Positions 1-9,947 of a stretch of 64,000 nucleotides of DNA are shown piece after piece. The translations under genes and the position numbers were made by a program. The number at the start of each line of letters is the position of its first letter. The stretch's first letter is position 1. The notes under the pieces are model-generated. The model worked only from the letters and a program-made list of their open reading frames with translations. It was not told the origin of the DNA and searched no databases. The stretch is from Limisphaerales bacterium (GTDB lineage: Bacteria > Verrucomicrobiota > Verrucomicrobiia > Limisphaerales > UBA11358). The stretch covers positions 9,352-73,351 of the forward strand of contig JANYFN010000106.1 of NCBI GenBank assembly GCA_025362675.1, read 5' to 3'.

Positions 1-1
1 C

Positions 2-520
2 GCAAAAAATATTTTTTTCGATGTCCATTTGATGTGCGGCCAGCCGGAAATTCTCCTCGAACCTTTCGTCAAAGCCGGGGCCGATCAAATCATCGTCCAC
101 GTCGAACTCGGCGACAAAGTCCCGCAGCTCCTCTGGAAAATAAAATCACTTGGCAAAAAAGTCGGCCTGGCGGTGAATCCGCCCACCAGCATCAACGCCG
201 CCCTCCCCTATCTCGACAAGCTTGATCTTCTCCTTGTCATGACGGTCAATCCGGGTTTCGGCGGACAAAGTTTTATCCACGAATGTCTCCCCAAAATCCA
301 ACAAGCCGACGCGTGGCGACGCGAGAAAAAATTAAATTACCGCCTCGAAGTTGATGGCGGCATCAATAATCAAACCGTCGCTGATTGTGCCCACGCCGGC
401 GCAGACACCTTTGTTGCCGGAACTGCTTTATTCAGCAAACGTAACATGGGCGCTGCCGTCGCGAAGATGCGAAAGATTGCCCACGCCCACGATCCCGCTC
501 TGGCCGACCTCAAAGTGTGA
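2..520 (+). CDS. rpe: ribulose-phosphate 3-epimerase, 5' end cut by window edge
   Basis: The frame is open from nt 2. Translation FFDVHLMCGQPE...LLVMTVNPGFGGQSFI...EVDGGIN matches conserved Rpe barrel motifs. Confidence 0.85.
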   Translation, partial: AKNIFFDVHLMCGQPEILLEPFVKAGADQIIVHVELGDKVPQLLWKIKSLGKKVGLAVNPPTSINAALPYLDKLDLLLVMTVNPGFGGQSFIHECLPKIQQADAWRREKKLNYRLEVDGGINNQTVADCAHAGADTFVAGTALFSKRNMGAAVAKMRKIAHAHDPALADLKV

Positions 521-646
521 ACCTATCTCACATGCAGAGACAAACCTAAGTTGAACTACAAATAGAGGCATGAGCATTTTGACCAATCATACGCGGCTGC
601 GGCTGCGTGAGGCTAGCGGCGAACTAACGGCCTTGAATTGCTCCCG

Positions 647-1177
647 ATGAAATCCGTGGTCATTTACACCGACGGCGGTTGCGAAGGGAACCCCGGTCCC
701 GGCGGCTGGGGCGCAGTGGTGCGCGGTGACGATTCCGTGCGTGAAATTTCCGGCGGCGAAATTGCGACGACCAACAATCGCATGGAACTGACGGCAGCGA
801 TTGAGGCGCTCACCACGCTGGCGGAACGCAGCGAGGTTTGCCTCTTCACCGATTCGCAGTATGTGAAGAATGGCATCACGCTCTGGATAAATAGTTGGAA
901 ACGCAAAGGCTGGATCACGTCCGCCAAACAGCCCGTCAAGAATGTAGATTTGTGGCAACGGCTGGATGCCGTCGTGGCGCGGCATCGCGTGACTTGGAAA
1001 TGGGTCAAAGGCCATGCCGGCCATGCGGATAATGAACGTTGTGACGGATTGGCTGGGCGCGAAATCGCCAAGTTAAAACAGCAACATTCGCAGACCACGC
1101 GGCAGGTTGCACTGACCACTTTGCAGCAACCTGCCGTCTTAGAAACTCGCACGCTCCAGCAGGCGAGTTTGTTCTAA
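647..1177 (+). CDS. rnhA: ribonuclease HI
   Basis: [22 protein letters not shown]...[13 protein letters not shown]...TDSQYV...[15 protein letters not shown] carries the RNase H catalytic D/E/D/D motifs. The ATG at 647 is preferred over the TTG at 638. Confidence 0.9.
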   Translation: MKSVVIYTDGGCEGNPGPGGWGAVVRGDDSVREISGGEIATTNNRMELTAAIEALTTLAERSEVCLFTDSQYVKNGITLWINSWKRKGWITSAKQPVKNVDLWQRLDAVVARHRVTWKWVKGHAGHADNERCDGLAGREIAKLKQQHSQTTRQVALTTLQQPAVLETRTLQQASLF

Positions 1178-1440
1178 GAAAGTTTTGGCAGCACTCTGCC
1201 TAGAGATATTCGTGGTGGCCGAAGGCGGCATTTGGATTCGGATTTCGCCAGTTTATCAGTAAATGTCCAACCCATTAATTTCATCATCCAGGCAATCATA
1301 ATTCGGAGAAAATTCCCGGGTGTTCCGACGAGTTGCAATACTTCAATGCGGACCTCGAACACGGGCTTAAGCTGACGGCGGACGAAATATAGTCTTACCC
1401 ACGACGTTGCCAGAATGAAAAATATTCCCGAACTTGTTTT

Positions 1441-2043
1441 TTAACTAAAGTCTGCGAGAGCAGATGACTTAGTGATCGTCGTTAGATCTGCCGGCGAATT
1501 GAAGTTTTGATAGAACGGAAGTTGAGCTTCGGTTAGTAAGCAGTCGGTCAGGAGATGTTTTTCCCGCAAGGTAGCAACTAATGAATGTAGGGAAACATCG
1601 TGACTATTCATGGCGGTATTGGCTAACTCGGCGGCTTGGGCGGGATAGATGGCGCATAGGGGTTCGCTATGTCCAGAATGCACGGGCATTACGCCGCAGC
1701 TGAGGCGGAGGTGGGTTTGCAACCAGCACAGATGTTCGGGTGTCATCAAAGGCATATCCACAGCGAGTGCGAGGAGATGGGTGGTGCGGATGTTTGCTAG
1801 GGCGGCGGCGAGTCCACTTAAAGGTCCGCGAGTGGGCGGCGGGTCTAAAATAACGGTCACATCGGGCGGACACCACGGTGGCGTATTTCGGGCGGAGAGG
1901 AAAATAGTGTCTGGCGCGATGGCGCGCAGGGTGCGGAGTTGGCGCGACCAAAGCGGTTCGCCCTGATAGAGTAAGGTGGCTTTGTCCGTGCCCATGCGCC
2001 GCGATTCGCCGCCGGTAAAGAGAACTGCGGTGAGCGAACTCAT
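1441..2043 (-). CDS. mobA: molybdenum cofactor guanylyltransferase
   Basis: The internal start gives MSSLTAVLFTGGESRRMGTDKATL, the MobA N-terminal nucleotide-binding motif. Its ATG overlaps the stop of the upstream MOSC gene (ATGA). The longer 239-aa ORF has an Arg-rich, implausible leader. Confidence 0.8.
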   Translation of the reverse strand: MSSLTAVLFTGGESRRMGTDKATLLYQGEPLWSRQLRTLRAIAPDTIFLSARNTPPWCPPDVTVILDPPPTRGPLSGLAAALANIRTTHLLALAVDMPLMTPEHLCWLQTHLRLSCGVMPVHSGHSEPLCAIYPAQAAELANTAMNSHDVSLHSLVATLREKHLLTDCLLTEAQLPFYQNFNSPADLTTITKSSALADFS

Positions 2044-2498
2044 TTTTCTACACGCACAACGCCATCGCTTAGAATCTGGGCGCGCAGCCCGCCGCGCCGT
2101 TGCAAAAAATGTTCCGCGCCGGGAGCAAATGCGCGATCCATCCAATGGCACGGCGAACATTCGGCGGTGCCGCGAAACTTGACGCCTTGCACTTCAAATT
2201 CCTGCCCGACCAAGCTGTTTAGATCCACACCATCAACGACGATATTGCGGCGCGAGTCGCCGGGCGATTTGCCGGATATCTTCAGTTCGGCGCACATGGT
2301 GGCGAACACTTGTTGTGAGAAAAAAGTTACCTGACCTTTGTAATTTTCTTTGAAGTCAAAAAAACGGTCGCCCCGGATCCCACGGCCAGCGACGCATTCG
2401 ATTTCGGCGACTTCGAGGGTGGGATGATTTCCGGGGAGCTGATCGTGGCGGCCAAAGAAATTATGGCCGGGCGAGATGAACAGCGAACGAACTTTCAT
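2040..2498 (-). CDS. MOSC-domain protein
   Basis: The 152-aa product has a beta-barrel MOSC-like sequence (GDRFFDFK...RGTAECSPCHWMD, with the conserved Cys). It lies in an operon between nasA and mobA. Confidence 0.7.
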   Translation of the reverse strand: MKVRSLFISPGHNFFGRHDQLPGNHPTLEVAEIECVAGRGIRGDRFFDFKENYKGQVTFFSQQVFATMCAELKISGKSPGDSRRNIVVDGVDLNSLVGQEFEVQGVKFRGTAECSPCHWMDRAFAPGAEHFLQRRGGLRAQILSDGVVRVEK

Positions 2499-2512
2499 GT
2501 AGGAAAATTAAC

Positions 2513-4873
2513 TCAAGCCATGGCCGACGCAAGCAAGTCGTCAATGAACTTGCGTTGGGCGGGGGTAAAGGGCGCGTTGGGCGGCACGCTCTGCCCGCGC
2601 GACGGGATGCGCGCCAGGTGCAGCAGCAGGTAGTTTTTTTGTTCGGCTGAAAAATTATCCGGCCATCCAGCGGCTACCCGGGCGAGCGAAACAGCGGAGA
2701 ATTTAAATTCGGGTTGCAGCGAGATGTCATCGACGGCCTCACTTGTCAGGCCATTGACACAAAGGTTTTCGCCAAACTGGTCATTCCAATGGATCGGCGC
2801 GAAACATTCGCCGGGGCGGACGCGCGGCGTGACGACCACCGGATAAATGGCGAAGCCGCGCCGCGAAGTCACGCGCATGAGATCGCCTTGATGCGCCCCG
2901 AGCTGTTCGGCATCGGCAGGATTTATTTGCACGAAAGCGCCGGGATTTAATTTATTCAGCGCGGCCACTTTCCCGGTTTTAGTCAGCGTATGCCACTGAT
3001 GTTCGAGGCGGCCATTGGTCAGGACAAACGGGAATTCGGCATCCGGCTGTTCGGCGGGCGGAAGCAAGGGACGGGCAAAGAAATTGGCACGCCCGGACTT
3101 GGTGGGAAAGCAAACAGAAGGCAACAACGCGGTGCCCGCCTGCGGGTTCGCGGCGCTGGTAACTGGGCTATCCGTTGCACCGGCGGTGAAGGAATTTGGC
3201 GGCACATAACGGATCAGCTCCCCCTGCTCTGCCCCCGGTGAAAATGGCCATTGGCGGGACTGTTCGCGCAGTTTTCCAAAATCCATGCCGCGCAGATCGT
3301 AGCCGGTTTTAGGATTCCAGGTCTGGCGGATTTCATCGAACACATCGCTGGCGTTTGCGTAATTGAATTGTTCCGCGAAACCCAGACGTTGCGCGACCCG
3401 CGAAATAATTTCCCAATCTGCCAGCGCTTCACCCGGCGGCGCGACGGCGCGCGGCATCAAGGTGACGTTGCGCTCGGAATTCACCATGGTCCCTTCGGCC
3501 TCGGCCCAGAGCGCACCGGGCAACAAAATATCGGCATACTTCGTCGTCTCCGTCGGATGAAACGCATCTTGCACGATGACGAGTTCGGCCTTTTGGAGCG
3601 CGGCGATAACGCGACTGCGGTTGGGCATGGAGGCGATCGGATTCGTGCCGATGATCCAAATGGCTTTCACTTCGCCCGCCTCAATTTTTTGAAACATCTC
3701 TACGGCCGCGAACCCGGGTTTGGACTGGATGGTTCCGGCGGCGACGCCCCAAATTTTTTCAACCGTCGTCCGATCTTCGGCATCAGCAATCGAGCGTTGG
3801 CCGGGCAGCGTGTGGCTCAAATAGCCGACCTCGCGTCCGCCCATCGCGTTGGGCTGGCCGGTAAGTGAGAACGGCCCGCTGCCGGGGCGACAAATTTTTC
3901 CGGTGGCGAGATGGAGATTGCAGATAGCATTCGTCTGCCATGTCCCGTGCGTGCTTTGATTCAAGCCCATCGTCCAAAACGTGGTGAACGCCGGTGCGTC
4001 ACCAATCCATTGTGCAGCCAGGCGAATATCGGCTTCGGCCAAGCCGGTCAGATTTGCGACTCGCTCCGGCGAATACTGCGGCAGCAGCGCGCGCAGTTCT
4101 TCCCAGTCGAGGGTGTGTTGCGAAACAAAGGTCGCATCGACGCGCCCGGCCTTTTCCAGAAGATGCAAGATGCCATTGAGCAACGCCAAATCGGTTCCCG
4201 GTTTGATGGGTAAAAATAAATCAGCTTTGTCAGCGGTCGGCGTGCGGCGTGGATCGACGACAATGATTTTGGCGCCAGATTTTTTCCGGCGATCAAGCAA
4301 TCGCAAAAAAAGAATCGGATGACACTCGGCCATGTTTGAACCGATCACCAGCGCGCAGTCTAGCCGGTCAATATCCTGATACGAACCGGGCGGGCCATCC
4401 GCGCCGAGCGAGAGTTTGTAGCCACTCGCGGCGCTGGCCATACAAAGGCGCGAGTTAGAATCAATGTTGTTCGTGCGAAAAAAACCTTTGGCCAGTTTGC
4501 CGGCGAGATACTGCGACTCCATGGAAAGCTGGCCGGAAACATAGAGCGCCACCGCATCCGGGCCATGCTCGGAAATAATTTTTTTCAGTCGCGCGGCTGT
4601 TTGCGTCAGCGCGGCGTCCATCGGCAGCGGCAGAATTTTTTCACCACGCTGCGTCCGGGCAAACGCGGAGGCGAGCCGGTCAGGGGCAGTCAATGGTTCG
4701 GCACAGGAAAACCCTTTGCTACAAAGACGGCCAAAATTTGCGGGATGATTTTTATCACCGGTTACCTTGGTGATACGCCCCTGCGCCACCTGCATGACGA
4801 TGCCACACCCGACGCCGCAGTAAGGACAGACCGAACGGACTTGCTGGATAGAATTGTCAGTGAGCGGGTTCAA
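2513..4873 (-). CDS. nasA: assimilatory nitrate reductase catalytic subunit (molybdopterin oxidoreductase) with extra C-terminal tail
   Basis: The N-terminal 4Fe-4S motif is CPYCGVGCGI...C. MGD-binding regions and a C-terminal molybdopterin dinucleotide-binding barrel are present. It is adjacent to nirA and nrt genes. The last ~53 aa form a non-catalytic tail. Confidence 0.9.
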   Translation of the reverse strand: MNPLTDNSIQQVRSVCPYCGVGCGIVMQVAQGRITKVTGDKNHPANFGRLCSKGFSCAEPLTAPDRLASAFARTQRGEKILPLPMDAALTQTAARLKKIISEHGPDAVALYVSGQLSMESQYLAGKLAKGFFRTNNIDSNSRLCMASAASGYKLSLGADGPPGSYQDIDRLDCALVIGSNMAECHPILFLRLLDRRKKSGAKIIVVDPRRTPTADKADLFLPIKPGTDLALLNGILHLLEKAGRVDATFVSQHTLDWEELRALLPQYSPERVANLTGLAEADIRLAAQWIGDAPAFTTFWTMGLNQSTHGTWQTNAICNLHLATGKICRPGSGPFSLTGQPNAMGGREVGYLSHTLPGQRSIADAEDRTTVEKIWGVAAGTIQSKPGFAAVEMFQKIEAGEVKAIWIIGTNPIASMPNRSRVIAALQKAELVIVQDAFHPTETTKYADILLPGALWAEAEGTMVNSERNVTLMPRAVAPPGEALADWEIISRVAQRLGFAEQFNYANASDVFDEIRQTWNPKTGYDLRGMDFGKLREQSRQWPFSPGAEQGELIRYVPPNSFTAGATDSPVTSAANPQAGTALLPSVCFPTKSGRANFFARPLLPPAEQPDAEFPFVLTNGRLEHQWHTLTKTGKVAALNKLNPGAFVQINPADAEQLGAHQGDLMRVTSRRGFAIYPVVVTPRVRPGECFAPIHWNDQFGENLCVNGLTSEAVDDISLQPEFKFSAVSLARVAAGWPDNFSAEQKNYLLLHLARIPSRGQSVPPNAPFTPAQRKFIDDLLASAMA

Positions 4874-4894
4874 GTTTGACGTTTCGTATTGAGG

Positions 4895-6616
4895 TCATTC
4901 AGCCACCACCTCGGCGAACATGGTTTGCAACGCGTTCAAATCATGCCGGGTGGAAAACTGAAGAAACGATTCTTTGCCCGCACGATTTTGGAGATACATC
5001 CGCAGCATTTTTTCAATCGTCAGGGAAATTTCCGTCGCGGTCACACCCGTAAAAATCTGCCGGCCAAGCGCCTGATTTTTACCGAAACCGCCACCGATAA
5101 AAACGTGGTAGCCATCCTCACCCCGCACTTTTGTGCCGAGCAAGCCGATATCGCCCATGTAATGTTGAGCGCAGGAATTCGGACAACCAGTGACGTGGAT
5201 ATTTACAGGTTGATCGAGTTCGAGCTTCTTTTCCAAGTGTTTAATGAGGGCCAGGGCGTGGCCTTTGGTATTTGCCTGCGCAAATTTGCAATAGGCATTG
5301 CCCGTGCACGCGATGACGCCACTGGCGAGATTGGATTGTCTCACCGGCAACCCGATTTTTTCCAGCGCGCGCTTCAAGGTCGGCACGAAGGCATCCGACA
5401 CGTTCGGAATGATGAAATTTTCCCAGACCGTCAACCGCACTTCGCCACTGCCGTAAAGCTCTGCCAACTCCGCGAGGCGCAGCATCTGCTTCGGTGTGAG
5501 GTGGCCGACCGGACACGCCGCACCGACGTAGTTCAACCCTGTTTGTTTCTGCGGAAAATCTCCGACGTGCGAGTGCGCCAGTTCCTGCGAAGCCCAGCGC
5601 ATCTGCGCCAAATCGTAAGGTGCGCGGCGGAGTTCGGTGCCGAGTTTTTTCTCGACGAACTTGAGATATTCGTCGAGGGACATCGTTTCGAGCAGATGCT
5701 TGAGGCGCGCTTTTTTACGGTTCGTGCGGCAGCCTTTTTCGATGAACACGCGGACGATGGCGGCGACCACACGATTGATTTCATTGGGCGGAACGATGAC
5801 GCCGAGGTCGTTCGCAAACGCTTTGTGACCGGTCGCCCCGCCGAGAGCGATACGAAAGAAAATTTCATCACCGACCTTCACGGCTTTCACGCCGATGTCG
5901 TTCGTGTCCTCAACCGAACCAATCAAACCGCCGCCGTCATAAGCGATATTGAACTTACGCGGCAGATCGTAAAACGCGCGATCGTTGATAATGATTTGCG
6001 CCAGATCATGCACGAACGGCTGCGTGTCGATCAACTCCACCGGGTCAATGCCCGCCGTGGGATTCATCGTGAGATTTCGGATGTTGTCGCCGCCCGTGCC
6101 GCGCGTGTGCAAACCGATGGCTTGAATGCGGCGGAGAAATTCCGGGCAATCTTTTGGCAGAATGAGCCGCATCTGGAGATTAGCGCGCGTGGTAATCTGG
6201 ACGTAGCCGCTCGTGAGTTCCGAGGCGATACGAGCCAATTCGCGCAGTTGATATGACTGTAAAACGCCACCGGGAATTCGCAGCCGCGACATGTAGGCAT
6301 CTTTCACCGGTGTCAAAAAAAACAAGCCGTGCCATTTGAAACGAAATAAGTCTTCCTTGTCCGGCGCTTTGTTACCGATTGCGTTTTCGACGAGTTGCCC
6401 GTAGGCATCGAGCGGGTGCAGTTCACGCTTGATGCGTTCCTCGGCGATCAGATCTTCGCGCTCGGCAGGCATCGGCTCGACATCCGCAAAAGACTTTCCG
6501 CGCGCAGCCGCCCCGGCGAAAAGGCCAGATAAATATTCTTTCTGCTCCGGTGTGAACGGAGCGGTGGCGAGCGGTTCAGGCAAAATGGCGGGCGACATAA
6601 TTGATTCAATAGACAT
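4895..6616 (-). CDS. nirA: siroheme/4Fe-4S nitrite (sulfite-family) reductase hemoprotein
   Basis: It has duplicated nitrite/sulfite reductase ferredoxin-like halves and the cluster-siroheme Cys motifs CTGNAYCKFA and VTGCPNSCAQH. It overlaps the upstream reductase gene by 11 nt. Confidence 0.85.
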   Translation of the reverse strand: MSIESIMSPAILPEPLATAPFTPEQKEYLSGLFAGAAARGKSFADVEPMPAEREDLIAEERIKRELHPLDAYGQLVENAIGNKAPDKEDLFRFKWHGLFFLTPVKDAYMSRLRIPGGVLQSYQLRELARIASELTSGYVQITTRANLQMRLILPKDCPEFLRRIQAIGLHTRGTGGDNIRNLTMNPTAGIDPVELIDTQPFVHDLAQIIINDRAFYDLPRKFNIAYDGGGLIGSVEDTNDIGVKAVKVGDEIFFRIALGGATGHKAFANDLGVIVPPNEINRVVAAIVRVFIEKGCRTNRKKARLKHLLETMSLDEYLKFVEKKLGTELRRAPYDLAQMRWASQELAHSHVGDFPQKQTGLNYVGAACPVGHLTPKQMLRLAELAELYGSGEVRLTVWENFIIPNVSDAFVPTLKRALEKIGLPVRQSNLASGVIACTGNAYCKFAQANTKGHALALIKHLEKKLELDQPVNIHVTGCPNSCAQHYMGDIGLLGTKVRGEDGYHVFIGGGFGKNQALGRQIFTGVTATEISLTIEKMLRMYLQNRAGKESFLQFSTRHDLNALQTMFAEVVAE

Positions 6617-8375
6617 CGCGTTGATAGCGTTTGTCGGATTTTAGTTTGGCGACATAAGTTTTCGCCTCGTCCGCTAATTTGCCGCCGGTTTTTTCGATCA
6701 CCGTGTGCAACGCAGCGTCCACGTCTTTCGCCATGCGACTGGCATCGCCGCACACGTAAAAATGTGCGCCGGCTTCGAGCCACGACCACAGCTCGGCCGC
6801 GTTTTCCAGCATCCGCGTCTGGACGTAAATTTTTTCCGCCTGGTCGCGAGAGAACGCAAGGTCGAGCCGCGTGAGGAAACCTGATTTCTGCCACGCCGTC
6901 AGTTGTTCCTCGTAAAGAAAATCGGCGCTCCGTTTTTGGTCGCCGAACAACAGCCAGTTTTTTCCATTCGCACCAACGGCGGCACGCTCTTCCAAAAATG
7001 CGCGGAACGGCGCGATACCGGTGCCCGGACCCACCATGATCATCGGCGTGTCGCCATTCGGCGGTGGCCGGAAACCATGGGACGGCTGCACGAAAACTTT
7101 TACGGCACCGACTTGTTCGGCGCGGTCAGCAAGAAACGTCGAGGCCACACCGCCGCGTTTGCGTCCGTGCGATTCATACCGCACGGCACCAACGGTCAAA
7201 TGAACTTCGCCGGCATGCGCTTTGGGCGAAGATGAAATCGAATAAAGTCGCGGCGACATTTTGCGTAACAGCGGCAGCAGCGCGATGAAGGAGATTTTTT
7301 TCGCCGCCAGTTGGAGCACATCCAACACATCCCGACCGTAGAGCCATTTCTTCAGATCATCAGCTTTGTCTGAGGCAAGTAGGGGAGCAAGTTCACTCGT
7401 CGCCGCGTGCTTCACGATTTCTGCGAGCAGTTCGGCAGTCGGCTTACCAAGCTCAAAATTCTGAGTCAATGCCAGTCGTAAGGACGTTATACTATTTTCA
7501 ACAGAGACAGGCTCATCGCCCGTTGCGCCGATGGTGGTGAGAATCTGGGCGACCAGCGCGGGACAATTTTCTGGGATGACGCCGAGGGCATCACCGACTT
7601 CATAAGTGAGGCCGCTGTTGCCAAGGAGAATTTCGTAATGACGAACTTCCTTGCCGGAACCCGCACGGTTGAGCGGAAGATTTTTCAGCAACTTCGCGGG
7701 GAACGGATGCGACTTATTGAAGGCGAGCGCCGCTTGCTCTGCACTCGCAGAAGCCGCCGTCGCGGGCGGTTGGAGGCCATTCTGCGCCGCCCCATTCGCG
7801 CTACCATTCCCTAATTTCTGCCACAGGTTTTCGGTCCATGCTTTGGCGGCGGCATCGTAGTCAACATCACATTCGCCTCGTGATTGCAGGCGTTTAGCAC
7901 CAAGGCTGGCGAGGCGATCGTCAAATTTCTTGGAGGCACCGCAGAAGTCAGAATAATTTTTATCGCCCAAACCCAACACGGCAAAACTTAAATTTTCGAG
8001 ACGCGGGGCGGTGTCGGCCTTGAGCCAGTTCCAAAAATTTACGGCGTTGTCCGGCGCATCGCCATCGCCCCAGGTGCTGGAGAAAATGACGGCCTTAGTC
8101 GCGGCGGTAAGGTTCGCTTGTTCAAAATCATTCAGCGCGAGAAGTTTTGGGGCATAGCCGCGCGCGGTGGATTCCTTCGCAAATTTTTTAGCAAGCCCTT
8201 CCGCGCTGCCGGTCTGGGAGCCGAAGAGAATCAGCAGCGGCTCCGAATTTTTTGGCGGCTCGGCCGCGCCGTTCGTTGGTGGCGCGGAATGCAGTCCGGC
8301 CAGAAATCCGTTAAGCCAGGCACGTTGTTCAACCGTGAACGGAGCGGTTTCCGGGATGAATGGTATCAAGTTCAT
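6606..8375 (-). CDS. CysJ-like NADPH diflavin reductase (flavodoxin + FAD + NADPH domains)
   Basis: The flavodoxin-like block is LILFGSQTGSAEGLAKK...STWGDGDAP. FAD binding is RLYSISSS. The FNR-like NADPH block is MVGPGTGIAPFRAF...YVCGD...YQRDVY at the C-terminus. Confidence 0.85.
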   Translation of the reverse strand: MNLIPFIPETAPFTVEQRAWLNGFLAGLHSAPPTNGAAEPPKNSEPLLILFGSQTGSAEGLAKKFAKESTARGYAPKLLALNDFEQANLTAATKAVIFSSTWGDGDAPDNAVNFWNWLKADTAPRLENLSFAVLGLGDKNYSDFCGASKKFDDRLASLGAKRLQSRGECDVDYDAAAKAWTENLWQKLGNGSANGAAQNGLQPPATAASASAEQAALAFNKSHPFPAKLLKNLPLNRAGSGKEVRHYEILLGNSGLTYEVGDALGVIPENCPALVAQILTTIGATGDEPVSVENSITSLRLALTQNFELGKPTAELLAEIVKHAATSELAPLLASDKADDLKKWLYGRDVLDVLQLAAKKISFIALLPLLRKMSPRLYSISSSPKAHAGEVHLTVGAVRYESHGRKRGGVASTFLADRAEQVGAVKVFVQPSHGFRPPPNGDTPMIMVGPGTGIAPFRAFLEERAAVGANGKNWLLFGDQKRSADFLYEEQLTAWQKSGFLTRLDLAFSRDQAEKIYVQTRMLENAAELWSWLEAGAHFYVCGDASRMAKDVDAALHTVIEKTGGKLADEAKTYVAKLKSDKRYQRDVY

Positions 8376-8399
8376 TCAGATTCACTAAAAAGCCGGGAC

Positions 8400-8423
8400 G
8401 CGTCTGACCTTGCGGCCAGACGC
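8400..8423 (-). promoter_or_regulatory. intra-operon stem-loop between porin and reductase genes
   Basis: The minus-strand RNA gcgucuggcc-GCAA-ggucagacgc forms a 10-bp stem with a GNRA-type tetraloop. A U5 run starts about 9 nt downstream, so it is not a canonical terminator. Confidence 0.3.
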
Positions 8424-8448
8424 GGCGATGGGAGGAACGGCATCGCGA

Positions 8449-9933
8449 TTAAAATTTGATGGTGGCCTGCACATAAATCCAGTCGGCATCGCGGGAGTGC
8501 GACGCGGGCGCGGCGAGTGATTGTTCAATGTATTTGCCGGTGAAGAAGTGGCCGTAACCAGCTTCGAGTTGTGAGTAGCGCGTCACCGCGTAACCCGCGA
8601 TGAGGTCTAATTCGGAGCCGACGAAACTATCAAATTTCGGGTTAACTCCATAGCCGCCCGTAGTGCGCGCGCCGCCACCGACGTTGTAAAGTGCGTCATG
8701 CGTATCGGCGAGCCAGAAGGCATGGCCTTCCAGGGACACACTCATGCGCGGCGTTGGTTTCAATTGATAAATCGCCCGTAAATCCTGCAAGTTTTGCAGC
8801 GAGAGAAAATCTGCATAACCATAGAATTTGTGGTTCGTCGGAAATAAATTGTCGAACGTTCCATGCGTGCCATCGGCGGAATTTTCGTCGCCAGAAGAAT
8901 AGGCATATTCCAAACCGATGCGCGGCGTGGCCCAGGCATCCGCAAAGGTGTAGCCGCCTTGGAGGACGAACATGAACGCGTCCTGATTGAGCCGCTTGGA
9001 AGTGGAGGTCGCGGCGTAATCCCCGAATTGATACGCGCCTTCCACCGTGTAATCCCAGGCTCCCAGCTCACCGAGCTTGGATTTCAAACGTCCGCCGAGC
9101 GTGTAGATGTCGCGGGCGGTGGGCTGCGGAAATTCCGGACTGGAAAAATATTTGTTCGCGTCGCGCGAGGCGTTGCGAGCGAGAAAATAAGCTTCTAAAA
9201 TGGTTTTGGGAATTTTCAAACTCGTCGCATAAACGCCGGACAAAGTGTCATACGGGTTCGGCATATCAAATTGTCCATCGCGCGGAACCACCGGCTGACC
9301 GGTAAAGAAATCCGCAGCGAACCATGAATTTTGCCAACGCACTTTGGCCGCATCGAACGAACGTCCAATATTGTTCCACCCGAAGGCACCGATGAGCCGT
9401 TCCTCGCCATAACTCAGTTCCTGCCGACCAATTTTCAACGAGAGTGGAAATTCCTTATGGTTGCCAAGTGTAACGTAGGCCTGATGAAGATCTAACTGGT
9501 CTGACTCCGGGCCATAGCCGAGTTTCTTCGTCGTGCCAGGAATAGCGGGGGCATTGGCGTAAGCGTAACGTTCGTCACTCGTCGCCAGGCTGCTCTGACC
9601 TTCGGCATAGACATTCCACCATTTCTCCGTGTAACCGACATGGAGCCGGAGGCGGGTGAGCAGATATTCGTTTTTGACTTCTGCGCCGTGATCGCGAAAG
9701 TCCACCGAACCGGCTTTGCCTTGGATGCCGAAACCTTCCTTCATTTCAAAACGCAGACGCGCATCGCCGCCGAAATCCCATTGGTTCGCATAAGGATTTT
9801 GGGCCCGCAGATATTCGTTGAGGAAGCCTTGAAATGGCGTGGGCGGCGGTGGCGGCGCGTATTGCGCGTGAGCTTGTTCGAGCGCCGCGAGCACGAGCGC
9901 ACCGGCAGTAAGATATGTGAGGTTGTTTTTCAT
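8449..9933 (-). CDS. outer-membrane beta-barrel porin-like protein (alginate-export-like)
   Basis: It has a signal peptide (MKNNLTYLTAGALVLAALEQAHA), an alternating amphipathic beta-strand pattern rich in Y/G/F, and a terminal Phe (ATIKF). It is embedded in the nitrate operon. Confidence 0.6.
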   Translation of the reverse strand: MKNNLTYLTAGALVLAALEQAHAQYAPPPPPTPFQGFLNEYLRAQNPYANQWDFGGDARLRFEMKEGFGIQGKAGSVDFRDHGAEVKNEYLLTRLRLHVGYTEKWWNVYAEGQSSLATSDERYAYANAPAIPGTTKKLGYGPESDQLDLHQAYVTLGNHKEFPLSLKIGRQELSYGEERLIGAFGWNNIGRSFDAAKVRWQNSWFAADFFTGQPVVPRDGQFDMPNPYDTLSGVYATSLKIPKTILEAYFLARNASRDANKYFSSPEFPQPTARDIYTLGGRLKSKLGELGAWDYTVEGAYQFGDYAATSTSKRLNQDAFMFVLQGGYTFADAWATPRIGLEYAYSSGDENSADGTHGTFDNLFPTNHKFYGYADFLSLQNLQDLRAIYQLKPTPRMSVSLEGHAFWLADTHDALYNVGGGARTTGGYGVNPKFDSFVGSELDLIAGYAVTRYSQLEAGYGHFFTGKYIEQSLAAPASHSRDADWIYVQATIKF

Positions 9934-9947
9934 TGGTTCAATATTGA

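Noticed and set aside
1178-1440. A 62-aa minus-strand ORF (1174..1362), and possible gene remnants in the rnhA-mobA spacer.
   Set aside because: I recognise no motif, there is no plausible start context, and the frames are interrupted on both strands. I leave it as an unannotated spacer.
4889-6256. A 455-aa plus-strand ORF.
   Set aside because: It lies entirely antisense to the well-supported nirA gene. Its composition is Arg/His/Phe-rich with no recognisable motif. This is a typical shadow ORF of a GC-biased coding region.
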